From an uncultured Streptococcus sp. (lineage in GTDB: Bacteria; Bacillota; Bacilli; Lactobacillales; Aerococcaceae): DNA of 60,435 nucleotides. Positions within the stretch are counted from its first letter, which is position 1. Every line of letters begins with the position of its first letter. Below, piece after piece: positions 29,888 through 40,928 of the stretch. Location: NCBI GenBank assembly GCA_916719965.1, contig CAKAPS010000001.1, positions 1-60,435 on the forward strand, read 5' to 3'. The translations under genes were made by a program, and so were the position numbers. The notes under the pieces were generated by a model. That model saw only the letters and a list, made by a program, of their open reading frames with translations. It made no database searches and was not told the DNA's origin.

Positions 29888-32504
29888 GAAAAAGGTCTAT
29901 TTAGCAAGCTTCCTTGCGCCGATGGTCATCATGTTTATCGCTTGGGCGATTGATGGCTTCTTCCCGTTTGGTGCGAAGTCTCTGATGGCGGTTGACTTTA
30001 ATGCACAGTACATCGGCCTATATGCTTATTTCAAACATCTATTCCTGAATTGGGATTGGAGTAGCTTCTTCTATTCGTTCTCGAAATCAATTGGAGGCGG
30101 AATGCTTGGGATTTGGGGCTTTAACTTATTAAGTCCATTTAACTTCCTATTCCTCTTCTTCTCTGAAGAAAACTTCCAATGGGTTGTGCCTGTCGTGATT
30201 GCTTTGCGTTATGGAGCGATGGGTGTAACGATGACGCATTTCCTTGTGAAGCGTTATGACGGCTTGAAGAAAAAAGCTTACTTACTTCCAATCGTAGCGA
30301 CGATTTATGCCTTAAACGGATTTAACGTTAGCTACCAAATGAACCCAATTTTCTACGATGGCATGATTATGTTGCCATTAGTGCTGATTGGGGTGGAACA
30401 AGTTCTCGATAACGAGTCTCCACGAGGCTATATCGGAATGCTTGCTCTAGCGCTATTTGTACACTTCTACATGGGCTATATGACATGTATCTTCGTAGTC
30501 ATCTACGCATTATTCTATGTTATCCGTTCAAAAGAATTTACAAATGTTAAAGTGATTTTTGAACGCATGTTGAAATTAGCCTGTGCTTCGATTATCGCAG
30601 TAGGGATGGTTGCGGCGATTCTATTGCCAATCATCATCAGTTTAGTTTCAACTAAGGGTGGTTTGCAAAACTCATTGAAATTTGAGTGGACATTGCAAAT
30701 TAATCCTTTAGAGATTTTATCGAAATTATTCCTTGGATCATTCGATAATGATTCATGGCCAGCAGGTCCAAACTTACCAAATATTTATGTAGCAAGTATC
30801 GGGATTTTAGGAACGATTTACTACTTTATCTCTAAGAAGATTACAAAATGGGGTAAGATTGCAGCAGGGTTTGTACTTGCTGTTTTCCTCATTTCATGTG
30901 CGCATGAATTTACAAGTAAATTATGGCATATGGGACAAAACCCAGCTGGATTCTTCTACCGCTTCTCATGGATTATCGCCTTCTTCTTAGTGTACCTAGC
31001 TTACTTAAGCTTACGCGAAGTTGAACGATTTACCGCAAAAGAAGCGAGCATCTTATTTGTCGGAATGGCGATTATTTTTGGGATTGTTCAATTCCAAGAA
31101 CATTCATTCTTAACAATTTGGCAACGTATCGCAACACTTGGTATTTTCATGATTATGCTTCTTGCATTGTTCTGGACAAAAGCGAAGAAACCATGGGCAG
31201 TGATTGCGGTATTGACGGCAGTTGAATTGACAGCCAATGCGGCCATTGTTCAGTCGCGTGTCGGATATACAGATGCGTATAAATACCATGATGCGGTTCT
31301 TCAATTGAAAGATGCCATCAATCCAATTCGCCCTGACGATACAGATTTCTACCGTATCAATAAGACATTTAACTTAAGTAAAAACGATCCGTTTATGGTC
31401 GATTACCCAGGTTTATCAGTATTTAGTTCGAACTTGGAAAATAGTACGCGTGATTTATTTGACCGCTTAGGAAATAACGGGATTAACGCAACAACATACT
31501 ATCAAGGAACACCGCTGCAAGACGCACTCTTCTCAGTGAAGTATTTAGTGGCGCCAAAACCAGTGTATACAAAAGAATATCCTGATACTTCGAAGATGTA
31601 TGTATTCGGAAATATGGTAACGCGTAAAGATATTACGTCAAAAGAACCAGTATATGAAGCTGTAAGAACGAAGACATATGAAACAGGATTAATCTTACCA
31701 ATTGCTTATGGTGTGAATGATGCGACAGTGAATGTAAAACTGGAAAATCATCAACCAATTCAAAACCATAACAAGATTGTTCAAGCGATGGGAGCTACAA
31801 GTGAAAACTACTTAACGCTTCTAGCAGCTAACGAAGTGAAGTTGGACAATATGGAAGTTCCAGATTCTTCTAAACCAGAGACGTATAAACGTGTAGATTC
31901 ATCGAAACCAGGAACAATTACGTTTCATTTAGTGCCGCAGTCTTCTGAAGATTACTGGGTATCGATTCCACAAAAACTTTCTCATACGAATAAAAACAAA
32001 GTGAGAATTTTACTCAATGGAAATACGTATGACTTCCAAGATAAATTCCAACAAACACAACTCATTCAAGTGGCCCATGATTCAGTTGGAAAAGCCGTTG
32101 ATTTAACGATTGAAATTGACACAGATGACGAATACAATTTGTCAGGTTTACGCCTAGCACGTTCAAATAGTGCCTTAGTAAATCGCATGATTGAAGAGCG
32201 TCAACTTCAAGGGATGAAAGTCACTCATTGGAATGATAGTCATATTCAAGGAACTGTGAATATCACAGACGATAGCACATGGATGATGACAAGTATTCCA
32301 TATGAAAAAGGCTGGACAGTTAAAGTGGATGGTCAAGTCGTTGGAACGGCTAAAGTTTGGGATAGTCTTCTTGCTTTCCAAATTACACCTGGTGAACATA
32401 CGATTGAGATGACTTATATGCCAGAAGGATTTATGGCAGGTTTCGTGATTTCAATCTTATCAATTTGTATTTATGTGTTAGCCATTTATAAAAAATGGAT
32501 TTAA
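29877..32504 (+). CDS. YfhO-family GT-C glycosyltransferase (copy 1)
   Basis: DFNAQY, LSPFN, multi-TM N-half, WH..Q.P.GF.YR, C-terminal IPYEKGW...GEHTI. Confidence 0.88.
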   Translation: MTTKKKVYLASFLAPMVIMFIAWAIDGFFPFGAKSLMAVDFNAQYIGLYAYFKHLFLNWDWSSFFYSFSKSIGGGMLGIWGFNLLSPFNFLFLFFSEENFQWVVPVVIALRYGAMGVTMTHFLVKRYDGLKKKAYLLPIVATIYALNGFNVSYQMNPIFYDGMIMLPLVLIGVEQVLDNESPRGYIGMLALALFVHFYMGYMTCIFVVIYALFYVIRSKEFTNVKVIFERMLKLACASIIAVGMVAAILLPIIISLVSTKGGLQNSLKFEWTLQINPLEILSKLFLGSFDNDSWPAGPNLPNIYVASIGILGTIYYFISKKITKWGKIAAGFVLAVFLISCAHEFTSKLWHMGQNPAGFFYRFSWIIAFFLVYLAYLSLREVERFTAKEASILFVGMAIIFGIVQFQEHSFLTIWQRIATLGIFMIMLLALFWTKAKKPWAVIAVLTAVELTANAAIVQSRVGYTDAYKYHDAVLQLKDAINPIRPDDTDFYRINKTFNLSKNDPFMVDYPGLSVFSSNLENSTRDLFDRLGNNGINATTYYQGTPLQDALFSVKYLVAPKPVYTKEYPDTSKMYVFGNMVTRKDITSKEPVYEAVRTKTYETGLILPIAYGVNDATVNVKLENHQPIQNHNKIVQAMGATSENYLTLLAANEVKLDNMEVPDSSKPETYKRVDSSKPGTITFHLVPQSSEDYWVSIPQKLSHTNKNKVRILLNGNTYDFQDKFQQTQLIQVAHDSVGKAVDLTIEIDTDDEYNLSGLRLARSNSALVNRMIEERQLQGMKVTHWNDSHIQGTVNITDDSTWMMTSIPYEKGWTVKVDGQVVGTAKVWDSLLAFQITPGEHTIEMTYMPEGFMAGFVISILSICIYVLAIYKKWI

Positions 32505-32524
32505 TTGAATAGGAGTAGACTATA

Positions 32525-35119
32525 ATGACAATTTCAAAAATGAAATTAAAATATAGTTCGCTATTCTTCGTTCCATTTGTGGTGATGTTGGGGGTCTTCC
32601 TAAGTTTAGGATTGACCCCTTTTTCGCAAAATTCGATTCATAGTGGAGACTTTCTTTCTCAATATTTTCCGCTTTATATCGGATTGCATAAGCTATTTTG
32701 GAGTGGAGATTTTAGTGGTCTATTTTGGTCCTTCGAGAAATCGCTTGGAGGAGCCATGCCAAGTGTCTGGGGCTTTAATAGTTTAAGTCCATTCACGTTT
32801 TTATATGTGATCTTTCCCATTTCAAGTTTTCAAGTCCTTAGCTATGTGATTCCACTTTTACGTGCTGGGGTGATGGGAGTTGTCTTTGGATATTTCTTAG
32901 AAAAGAAATTCCAAGGCGTATCGAAACATTACTGGTTATCATTAGGATTGGCTTCGTCATATGCCCTTAGCGGATTTGTCGTATCGCAACAGTACAATCC
33001 AAATTTCTTAGATAATCTGGTCTATATTCCGTTTATTCTCTTGGGAATTGAAGAGGTGGCAAGTGGGAAGCGTTCGGTGAAATTACCGTTGTTTCTTGCC
33101 ATTAGTTTAATAACGGATTTTTATACAGGATATATGATGTGTCTCTTTGTGGCGCTCTATACATTTTATGTCGTCTTCTCGAAGGATATTTCGTTGAAAG
33201 AGGCGACTCTAAAACTAGCGAAAGTGGCATTATTTGCACTGATAGGGGTAGGCCTTGCAGCGTTCTGGCTATTGCCAGTCTTTAGTGCCTTATTAGAAAG
33301 TAAAGCAAGTGCGGGAAGTACCTTTGCATGGTCGTGGAATTCCGTGAATGATTTAGTCGCTATGCCGCAAAAATTCATCTTAGGATCCTTTGGTGAAAAA
33401 GAGTGGGGCGATTCTAAGGCGTTACCGCAACTCTTTATTGGTGGTTTAGGACTCTTTGGAGTATGTACCTTCTTTGCTAAAAAAGAGATTACACTTCGTA
33501 AGAAATTAGCGGCGACAGTCGTGTTACTTGTCTTACTGCTCTCATTTTCAATTCAAGGCTTCGACCAAATTTGGCATATGGGACAACGCCCAGTCGGTTT
33601 CTACTTCAGAAATTCGTGGGTAGCCAATAGCTTTATGCTAGTGCTAGCATCTGAAAGTCTAATGCAGTGGAAAGATGAGTTTCGCTTGAATGAGTTCTTA
33701 GTGGCCATCTTTGGATTTGGGTCAATTCTAGTATTGTCGACTCTAAGAATTCTGCAATATGTTGAGACCTCACAAAAAATACTCTCGTTTATTATTTGGA
33801 CGATTATTTTATTAGCCTTCTTCTTTAGAAGAGCTGAGAGAGTTCGTAGGCTTCAATTAACGGCTGGCGTCGTGATTGTTGAGTTAATGGTGAGTTCGTT
33901 TGTTGGTTTTAGAAGAGCACCTTATTTTATCGGTAATGCAGGACTAAAGGAACAAATGGAATTTGCGATGGCTTTTGACAAGGAAGGATATAGCAATCCG
34001 AATCCTTTTACGCGAATGGAAATGCATAAGGGCTTGTCGCATGCGAACTTCCCGATAGCATTTGGCTATAATGGCGCTTCACATTTCACGTCGAGTCTTG
34101 AGCATGAGCTGATTGAAGAGATGAGTCACCTAGGACTTCCAACGTCTCAATCCGTGGTGAACTATACAAATCGTAATGTGATTTTAGATTCGCTTTTTGG
34201 AGTATCTCGCTTTATGATGGAAGGCGATGAAAAACGCGTCTTTGCGGATGTTCGCGGAATGTATGCCAAAGAAGGGGCAATGAAGAACTTCGCAATCTAT
34301 CGGAACCCCTATGCGTTTTCTCTTGGTTATTTAACGAATGAAAATACGGCAACGAATATTGCCTTTGAAAAAAATCAACCAGTAGCCAATATCAACCAGC
34401 TCTTACAAGTGATTGGCCTATCTGGAACAAACGCATTGAGTGAAGTGAGCGTCCAAGAACCTGCGACGACGAATTTAACGAAGGGGCAGGAGAAATACAC
34501 GCTAACAAACGAAGGTGAATCCGCAAAAATTGAATGGAAGTTCAATCTACAACCAAACAAACTTTATTTTGTCGAAATTCCAGAACGCCAAGCAGGTTCC
34601 GTGATTAAATCAAAAGTGATGCTAAATGGTATCGGTTATCCGTACGAGAATCGATTCCATGAAAATCAATTATGGATGATTGGAAATGGAAACTTAGATC
34701 AAACGATTACTTTTGCGATTGAGGACGCGAAAGCCAAAGAATGGGATCTTCGTGGCTTCAAGTTCTATACGATTGATATCACAACACTCTCAAATGCATT
34801 GACGCAATATAAAAAAGCAAATGATATTACAATTGAGTCGTATACAAATGCGATGGTGAAGGCACATGTCACTGTAACCAATAGTGATCAGACCTTTGCG
34901 ACCTTTACGATTCCATACCATTCAGGTTGGAGCGTGACGGTGGATGGTAAGAAGCAAGAGGTGAAAAAAGCGCTCGGTTTCTTTATGGGCGTTTCGCTCA
35001 CAGAAGGAGAACACGAGATTGTTTGGAGTTATACGCCACCAGGATTACATCTTGGAATGCTGATTTCTATTTCGTCACTTCTCTTACTGATTTTTCTATG
35101 GAAGAAGCATAAAAATTAA
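32525..35119 (+). CDS. YfhO-family GT-C glycosyltransferase (copy 2)
   Basis: DFLSQY, LSPF, WHMGQRPVGFYFR, IPYHSGW...GEHEI. Confidence 0.88.
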   Translation: MTISKMKLKYSSLFFVPFVVMLGVFLSLGLTPFSQNSIHSGDFLSQYFPLYIGLHKLFWSGDFSGLFWSFEKSLGGAMPSVWGFNSLSPFTFLYVIFPISSFQVLSYVIPLLRAGVMGVVFGYFLEKKFQGVSKHYWLSLGLASSYALSGFVVSQQYNPNFLDNLVYIPFILLGIEEVASGKRSVKLPLFLAISLITDFYTGYMMCLFVALYTFYVVFSKDISLKEATLKLAKVALFALIGVGLAAFWLLPVFSALLESKASAGSTFAWSWNSVNDLVAMPQKFILGSFGEKEWGDSKALPQLFIGGLGLFGVCTFFAKKEITLRKKLAATVVLLVLLLSFSIQGFDQIWHMGQRPVGFYFRNSWVANSFMLVLASESLMQWKDEFRLNEFLVAIFGFGSILVLSTLRILQYVETSQKILSFIIWTIILLAFFFRRAERVRRLQLTAGVVIVELMVSSFVGFRRAPYFIGNAGLKEQMEFAMAFDKEGYSNPNPFTRMEMHKGLSHANFPIAFGYNGASHFTSSLEHELIEEMSHLGLPTSQSVVNYTNRNVILDSLFGVSRFMMEGDEKRVFADVRGMYAKEGAMKNFAIYRNPYAFSLGYLTNENTATNIAFEKNQPVANINQLLQVIGLSGTNALSEVSVQEPATTNLTKGQEKYTLTNEGESAKIEWKFNLQPNKLYFVEIPERQAGSVIKSKVMLNGIGYPYENRFHENQLWMIGNGNLDQTITFAIEDAKAKEWDLRGFKFYTIDITTLSNALTQYKKANDITIESYTNAMVKAHVTVTNSDQTFATFTIPYHSGWSVTVDGKKQEVKKALGFFMGVSLTEGEHEIVWSYTPPGLHLGMLISISSLLLLIFLWKKHKN

Positions 35120-35261
35120 TTAGATTGTCATTAAAATAGTCTCTGAAATCGTGATGATTTTAGAGATTATTTTTTTTCGTGTTTTTACAGGCCGTACTTT
35201 TGTAATTGAGGGTGTTTAGTGGGTATAATGACCTATTGATTAGAGAAAGGAAAGTGATGAA

Positions 35262-36716
35262 GTGATGGATGCGACAAGTATGGCTGAAGCCGTTCGCTCG
35301 AAAAAAGTGAGTCCTATGGAATTAGTGTCAGATACGATTCAACGTGCGCAGTCACTGAATCCTTCTCTTAATGCGATTGTTTACGAGCAATATGAAGAAG
35401 CACTAGAAAAGGCGAAGCACTTTAAACTGACAAATCAGCCTTTTGCAGGAGTTCCTATTTTTCTAAAAGACTTAGGGCAAGAGCAAAAAGGGAGCGTCTG
35501 TACATATGGCTCACGTTTATTTAAGGATGTAAAAAGCACGCAAACTGACAACTTTGTCAAACGTTTAGAAGAACTCGGCTTTATTATTATGGGTCGTACC
35601 AATACTCCAGAATTTGGATTCAAGACAGTCAGTGATGCCACTCTCAATGGTCCTGTTCGAAATGCGGTGAATCCTGATCGAAATGCTGGAGGCTCAAGTG
35701 GTGGAGCGGCAACTGTGGTAGCAAGCGGAATTTCACCAATTGCAGCAGCAAGTGATGGTGGTGGATCGATTCGAATTCCGGCCAGTCATAATGGATTGAT
35801 TGGACTGAAACCTTCTAGAGGTCGTGTGATTGTCGGGCCAGGTTCTTATCGTGGATGGAATGGCGCAACCGTTCATTTTGCGCTGACAAAAACCGTCCAA
35901 GATACAAGGAACTTATTATTCCACCTGCAAGAGTGCCAGATGGAAAGTCCGTTTCCACTGCAGAAACTAAGTGTTGAACAGCTCTATTCAGCAGAAAAAT
36001 TAAAACCGTTAAGAGTGGCCGTGTTATTGCAGTCACCTGTCGGAGAAGCGGTCTCTAAGGATACGGTGGATGCTGTGATGAAGATTGCCCGTTTCTTTGA
36101 AAATCATAGGCACTCTGTAACACTTCTTCAAAAGGATCCAGTGGATGGTATCGCTCTACAAAAAGGATTTTATATTATTAGTGCAGTGGAGACAGCGTTG
36201 ATGTTCCAAAATATTGAACGTCAACTACAGCGTCCAGTGACTCGTGACGATATGGAACTAATGACATGGGCGATTTATCGTAGTGGTATGGATATTTCAG
36301 GAATGGAGTACTCTAAAGTGGCTTCAAGTTGGGATATTTATGCTGAGCAGATGGAGCAGTTACACGAGCAGTACGATGTGCTATTATTGCCAACGGTTGC
36401 ACAGGCCGCTCCGAGTCTTGTTCCGTATGAATTATCCGCGGATTTACAATCCAAACTTATGCGCATTGATGATTTTACAAAAGACCAGAAACAACAATTA
36501 CTCTGGGAAATGTTCGAGGAGAGCGTAGCCGATACGCCATTTACACAGCGATTTAATATTACAGGTCAACCAGCGATTAGCTTGCCAGTACACCATACAA
36601 AAGAGAGGCTTCCGATTGGTGTGCAACTTGCTGCAGCCAAAGGAAGAGAAGACTTGCTCCTACAAATCGCAGAATGGTTCGAACAAGAACAATTATTACA
36701 AGTAACAAAACAGTAG
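35262..36716 (+). CDS. Amidase-signature (Ser-cisSer-Lys) family amidase
   Basis: GVPIFLKD, GGSSGG, SDGGGSIRIPAS, GLKPSRG. Confidence 0.92.
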   Translation: MMDATSMAEAVRSKKVSPMELVSDTIQRAQSLNPSLNAIVYEQYEEALEKAKHFKLTNQPFAGVPIFLKDLGQEQKGSVCTYGSRLFKDVKSTQTDNFVKRLEELGFIIMGRTNTPEFGFKTVSDATLNGPVRNAVNPDRNAGGSSGGAATVVASGISPIAAASDGGGSIRIPASHNGLIGLKPSRGRVIVGPGSYRGWNGATVHFALTKTVQDTRNLLFHLQECQMESPFPLQKLSVEQLYSAEKLKPLRVAVLLQSPVGEAVSKDTVDAVMKIARFFENHRHSVTLLQKDPVDGIALQKGFYIISAVETALMFQNIERQLQRPVTRDDMELMTWAIYRSGMDISGMEYSKVASSWDIYAEQMEQLHEQYDVLLLPTVAQAAPSLVPYELSADLQSKLMRIDDFTKDQKQQLLWEMFEESVADTPFTQRFNITGQPAISLPVHHTKERLPIGVQLAAAKGREDLLLQIAEWFEQEQLLQVTKQ

Positions 36717-36730
36717 AAAGAAGTGAAAGT

Positions 36731-37939
36731 GTGATAGAAACAGAAGCTTTATTTAAGCCTTTCGAATTAAAAAAAGGAGTCACATTGGACAATCGATTTG
36801 TGCTTTCTCCAATGGTGACGAACTCTTCAACGAAAGAAGGTCATATTACAGAAGATGATTTAAAATATGCCGAGCGTCGTGCACATTCAGCGGCCCTTCA
36901 AATTACAGGGGCGGCCTACGTGAACAAGCACGGACAGCTTTTCGAGTATGGATTTAGCGCGACTTCCCTCGATGATATCGAGGGCTTAACGAAACTAGCT
37001 AAAGCGATGAAATCAGGTGGGGCAAAAGCTATTTTACAATTAACGCATGCAGGACGTTTTGCAAGTCATGCCTTAAACCGTGACCGTTATGTGTATGGTC
37101 CAAGTGCGATGACATTGCAATCGCCGTTCCCACATGAAGTTAAAGAGTTAACCGTAGAAGAAATTCATGGCATTACCGAAGATTATAGCCGTGCTGCACT
37201 AATCGCTGTCCAGTCTGGATTCGACGGGCTAGAAATTTCATCGGCACAGCGATTACTTATCCAAACCTTCTTCTCAACGTTCTCAAACGAACGTACAGAT
37301 GAGTATGGCTGTAAGACATTAGAGGACCGTTCGAGAATCGGGATGGAAGTCTTATTGGCGGTTCAAGAAGTGATTGATGAATATGCCTCTGATGATTTTA
37401 TTTTAGGTTTCCGTGCGACTCCTGAGGAAACGCGTGGAAATCAAATTGGATACACTGTTGATGAGTTCCTCGAGTTTTTCGAAGAGGCGCTTAAAAAAGT
37501 AAACATTGACTACTTAGCCATTGCAAGTTGGGGACATGATGTCTTCAGAAATAAAGTCCGTGCTAAAGGACCACATCAAGGCGAACTCGTTAATAAAGTG
37601 GTCTATGAACGCTTGAAAGGGCGCGTGGCAGTGATTGCTTCAGGCGGCATTAATTCTAAAGAAAAAGCCCTCGAAGCATTAGAAAATGCAGATTTAGTAG
37701 GTCTTTCAACACCATTTATCACGGATCCAGAATTTGCCGTGAAGATTCAAGAAGGCAACGAATCAGAGATTCAACTAACGATTAAACCAGAAGCGCTCGA
37801 AGCCTTAGCGATTCCAAAGGCGGCCTTCAAAGATATCGTTCCTTTAATGGATTTTGGAGAGTCGCTTGAAAAAGAAGCACGAGATTTCTTCAGAGGGCTC
37901 GAAGCAAACTACGAGGGGAGAGAGACGGATGAAAATTAG
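36731..37939 (+). CDS. Old-yellow-enzyme-like NADH:flavin oxidoreductase
   Basis: NRFVLSPM, LQLTHAGRF, GFDGLEI, NERTDEYG; GTG start 14 nt after the amidase stop. Confidence 0.88.
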   Translation: MIETEALFKPFELKKGVTLDNRFVLSPMVTNSSTKEGHITEDDLKYAERRAHSAALQITGAAYVNKHGQLFEYGFSATSLDDIEGLTKLAKAMKSGGAKAILQLTHAGRFASHALNRDRYVYGPSAMTLQSPFPHEVKELTVEEIHGITEDYSRAALIAVQSGFDGLEISSAQRLLIQTFFSTFSNERTDEYGCKTLEDRSRIGMEVLLAVQEVIDEYASDDFILGFRATPEETRGNQIGYTVDEFLEFFEEALKKVNIDYLAIASWGHDVFRNKVRAKGPHQGELVNKVVYERLKGRVAVIASGGINSKEKALEALENADLVGLSTPFITDPEFAVKIQEGNESEIQLTIKPEALEALAIPKAAFKDIVPLMDFGESLEKEARDFFRGLEANYEGRETDEN

Positions 37940-38921
37940 TCTGTTAGATTATGGCCTCGTGGATGAAGGGAAAACGAGTGCAGAGGCTGTTCGTGAAACG
38001 CTGGAGTTGGCGCAATTAGCAGACGAGCTGGGATTCCATCGTTTCTGGGTGAGTGAACATCATAATGTGCCGGCACTATCGATTAGTGCTCCAGAAGTGG
38101 TGATTCCTTATATTGCTAGCCATACGAAGAACATCCATATTGGTTCTGGTGGTATCATGGGGCTACATTATTCGCCATATAAGGTGGCTGAAATCATGTC
38201 AACGCTAGAAGGGTTATTTCCTGGCCGTGTGGATATTGGTCTGGGCAATTCGCCAGGAACACCTCTTGTAGGTCGTCATTTACAGTCGCTCTATTCGAAG
38301 GAGCAATATGCCCTGTGGTTAGAAAAGTTGCAGCACTATTTGAATGAAGCGCGTTGTAAAGGTATGGTTGTACCCGAAACCGAGAATGTTCCTGAACAGT
38401 TCCTTCTTGGAATGGGCGGTCAGTCGATTGAGTCAGCGGCAACTCTTGGATTGAGTTTTGTATATGGTGTATTTCCGTATATTCCTCAAGATCCTGTGGA
38501 GTTGGCGAAAAGTCTTTCTAAGAAATATCGCAGCACCTTTAAACCAGGACCACATAGTAAACCAAGCAACTTTGTACTAGCGGTATTTGTAGTTATTGCA
38601 GATACGAGCGTAGAAGCCGAAGAGATGGCGAAACCATTAGATTTATGGATGCTTGGAAAACAGGATTTTTCAGAGTTCCATACCTTTCCAACACAAAAAG
38701 ATGTGGAAGAATATAAACTAACGCAGCGTGATCAAGAGAAAATTGCAAGTAACCGCAGTCGACTCATTGTGGGAAATCCGTGTGAAGTTTACGAGCAAAT
38801 GGAGGCGCTAAGAGCAGTTTCCAACCCTGACGAGCTTTTATTTATCCCACTCGTCGGTTCCATTGAAAAAAGAAAACGTTCAGTAGAATTACTTGCTGAA
38901 TTATATAAAGGAGAAAAATAA
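37929..38921 (+). CDS. Luciferase-like monooxygenase (LLM)
   Basis: [25 protein letters not shown]. Confidence 0.9.
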   Translation: MKISLLDYGLVDEGKTSAEAVRETLELAQLADELGFHRFWVSEHHNVPALSISAPEVVIPYIASHTKNIHIGSGGIMGLHYSPYKVAEIMSTLEGLFPGRVDIGLGNSPGTPLVGRHLQSLYSKEQYALWLEKLQHYLNEARCKGMVVPETENVPEQFLLGMGGQSIESAATLGLSFVYGVFPYIPQDPVELAKSLSKKYRSTFKPGPHSKPSNFVLAVFVVIADTSVEAEEMAKPLDLWMLGKQDFSEFHTFPTQKDVEEYKLTQRDQEKIASNRSRLIVGNPCEVYEQMEALRAVSNPDELLFIPLVGSIEKRKRSVELLAELYKGEK

Positions 38922-38922
38922 A

Positions 38923-39255
38923 ATGAGAAAATTTGCTAACTTTTTATGGATTGATAAAGAAGGAGAAAACTACACGATTCGTATGACGCCAGAGCTTCAA
39001 GATGATGTCGGTACAATTGGATTCGTTCAATTCAATATGGATGATCAATTAGAAGCTGAAGACGAAATCTTAAGTTTAGAAGCAAGTAAAACAGTGATGT
39101 CGATTGTGACACCACTTGCAGGGAAAGTCGTAGCTAGAAACTTAGCGGCAACAGAAGATCCTAAATTATTAAACTCTGAAAAACCAGAAGAACACTGGTT
39201 AGTGACATTAACGGATGTTGATGAAGCAGCATTCTTGGCATTAGAAGATGAATAA
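38923..39255 (+). CDS. GcvH-like lipoyl carrier protein (GcvH-L)
   Basis: EASKTV lipoyl-Lys at residue 56 and Asp27 (from ATG 38923), matching the modified residues described for GcvH-L. Confidence 0.92.
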   Translation: MRKFANFLWIDKEGENYTIRMTPELQDDVGTIGFVQFNMDDQLEAEDEILSLEASKTVMSIVTPLAGKVVARNLAATEDPKLLNSEKPEEHWLVTLTDVDEAAFLALEDE

Positions 39256-40042
39256 TCATACAGAAGAGCAGTTGCTCAAACAAATGATTGAGATCCTGGC
39301 TCAGGAATCAGTAGAAACCGTATCAGTTGAAGGAAAAACTCCCGAAGAGTTGAAGACGCTTTGGCGAGGACTTGTGAATGTCAGACAACCAAAAGATGCC
39401 CCTGCAGACTATCTCGTTTTAGAGAATGAGTATTTACAAGAATACCATGCTCCAAGAGTTCAGACATTAGCAGATTGCCTACCGACTACAAACGACCAAA
39501 TCAAACTCTATTATGGTGATTTATGTGAACTGAAAGTCGATGCGATTGTGAATGCTGCGAATAGTGAGATGCTTGGATGTTTTATTCCAAACCATCGCTG
39601 TATTGATAATGCAATTCATACTTTTTCAGGCATTGAACTTCGCTCCTTTTGCCACCATTTAATGGAAGAGCAAGGAAAGAAGGAACCTGTGGGAAAAGCA
39701 AAAATGACACCAGCATTCAACTTGCCTTCGAAGTACATTATTCATACGGTTGGGCCCTTTTTACCTCCAGGACAAAAAGTAACGCCACTTCGTGAACAGT
39801 TACTTGCTGGTTGTTACAAGAGTTGTCTAGAAACAGCAATTAAAGCAGGACTTACCTCGATTGCTTTTTGCGGAATTTCAACAGGAGAGTTTGGTTTTCC
39901 AAAAGAACCTGCTGCGCGTATAGCCGTGGATACAGTGAACAAGTGGTTGCAGGATACGTCTTCAACAATGACCGTTGTTTTTTCAACATATACTAGAGAA
40001 GATCAAACAATTTATCAGAAATTATTATCAGGAGAGCAGTAG
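39248..40042 (+). CDS. Zn-containing macrodomain protein-ADP-ribose hydrolase
   Basis: [18 protein letters not shown]n motif, [15 protein letters not shown]. Confidence 0.92.
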   Translation: MNNHTEEQLLKQMIEILAQESVETVSVEGKTPEELKTLWRGLVNVRQPKDAPADYLVLENEYLQEYHAPRVQTLADCLPTTNDQIKLYYGDLCELKVDAIVNAANSEMLGCFIPNHRCIDNAIHTFSGIELRSFCHHLMEEQGKKEPVGKAKMTPAFNLPSKYIIHTVGPFLPPGQKVTPLREQLLAGCYKSCLETAIKAGLTSIAFCGISTGEFGFPKEPAARIAVDTVNKWLQDTSSTMTVVFSTYTREDQTIYQKLLSGEQ

Positions 40043-40043
40043 A

Positions 40044-40925
40044 ATGACTAAATGGAATGCATTACAAAAAGAAAGAACAACTGAAGCTAGTCTACTGGCA
40101 GATTTATTCCAGGAAGCAGATGCTATTGTGGTTGGTATCGGGGCTGGGATGTCGGCAGCAGATGGATTTACCTACATTGGAAGTCGATTCGAAGACGCTT
40201 TTCCGGATTTTATTGAGAAGTATCAGTTTTTAGATATGTTACAAGCGAGTTTGTTTCATTTTCCAAGTTGGGAAGAGTATTGGTCGTTTCAAAGTCGATT
40301 TATCGCGCTCAATTACTTGGACCAACCTGTGGGACAATCGTATGTGGAACTCTTAGAAATGCTTAAAACAAAGCCATACCACATTATCACTACGAATGCG
40401 GATAATGCGTTTTGGGTGGCTGGATATGACAAAGAGAAGGTTTATCATATTCAAGGCGAATATGGGCTTTTCCAATGTAGCCAGCACTGTCATCCAAAAA
40501 CGTATCATGATGATGAATTAGTCCGTAAGATGATTGCTGAACAGAAGGAGTTGAAGGTTCCTTATGAACTGATTCCGTTTTGTCCAGAATGCGGAGCGCC
40601 ACTTGAAATTAATAAGCGTAACGCTGAAAAAGGAATGGTGGAGTCAGCAGATTTCTTTGCACAAAAGGCGCGCTATGATGAGTTTTTAGAAGAACATAAA
40701 AACGATAAGGTTCTCTTTTTGGAAATCGGAGTGGGCTTCACAACTCCACAATTTATCAAGACCCCTTTCCAAAAATGCGTACAAGCTAATCCAAATGCGC
40801 TATTTGTAAGTATGAATCATAAACATTATCGAATCCCGCTTGCGCTAAGAGAGCAAACCGTACAATTGTCAGAAAACATCGCCCCATTAATTCATGGGAC
40901 GTATCAAGAGCTTAAAGGAGAATAA
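40044..40925 (+). CDS. Class M sirtuin (SirTM) ADP-ribosyltransferase
   Basis: [20 protein letters not shown] (Gln in place of the deacylase His), CSQHC/CPEC Zn sites. Confidence 0.92.
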   Translation: MTKWNALQKERTTEASLLADLFQEADAIVVGIGAGMSAADGFTYIGSRFEDAFPDFIEKYQFLDMLQASLFHFPSWEEYWSFQSRFIALNYLDQPVGQSYVELLEMLKTKPYHIITTNADNAFWVAGYDKEKVYHIQGEYGLFQCSQHCHPKTYHDDELVRKMIAEQKELKVPYELIPFCPECGAPLEINKRNAEKGMVESADFFAQKARYDEFLEEHKNDKVLFLEIGVGFTTPQFIKTPFQKCVQANPNALFVSMNHKHYRIPLALREQTVQLSENIAPLIHGTYQELKGE

Positions 40926-40928
40926 ACG

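Noticed and set aside
40044..40925. Sirtuin plus macrodomain as a Thoeris/SIR2-type defence system
   Set aside because: HIQG, the Zn-macro motif, GcvH-L and LplA2 identify the known SirTM operon; there is no TIR or SLOG partner.
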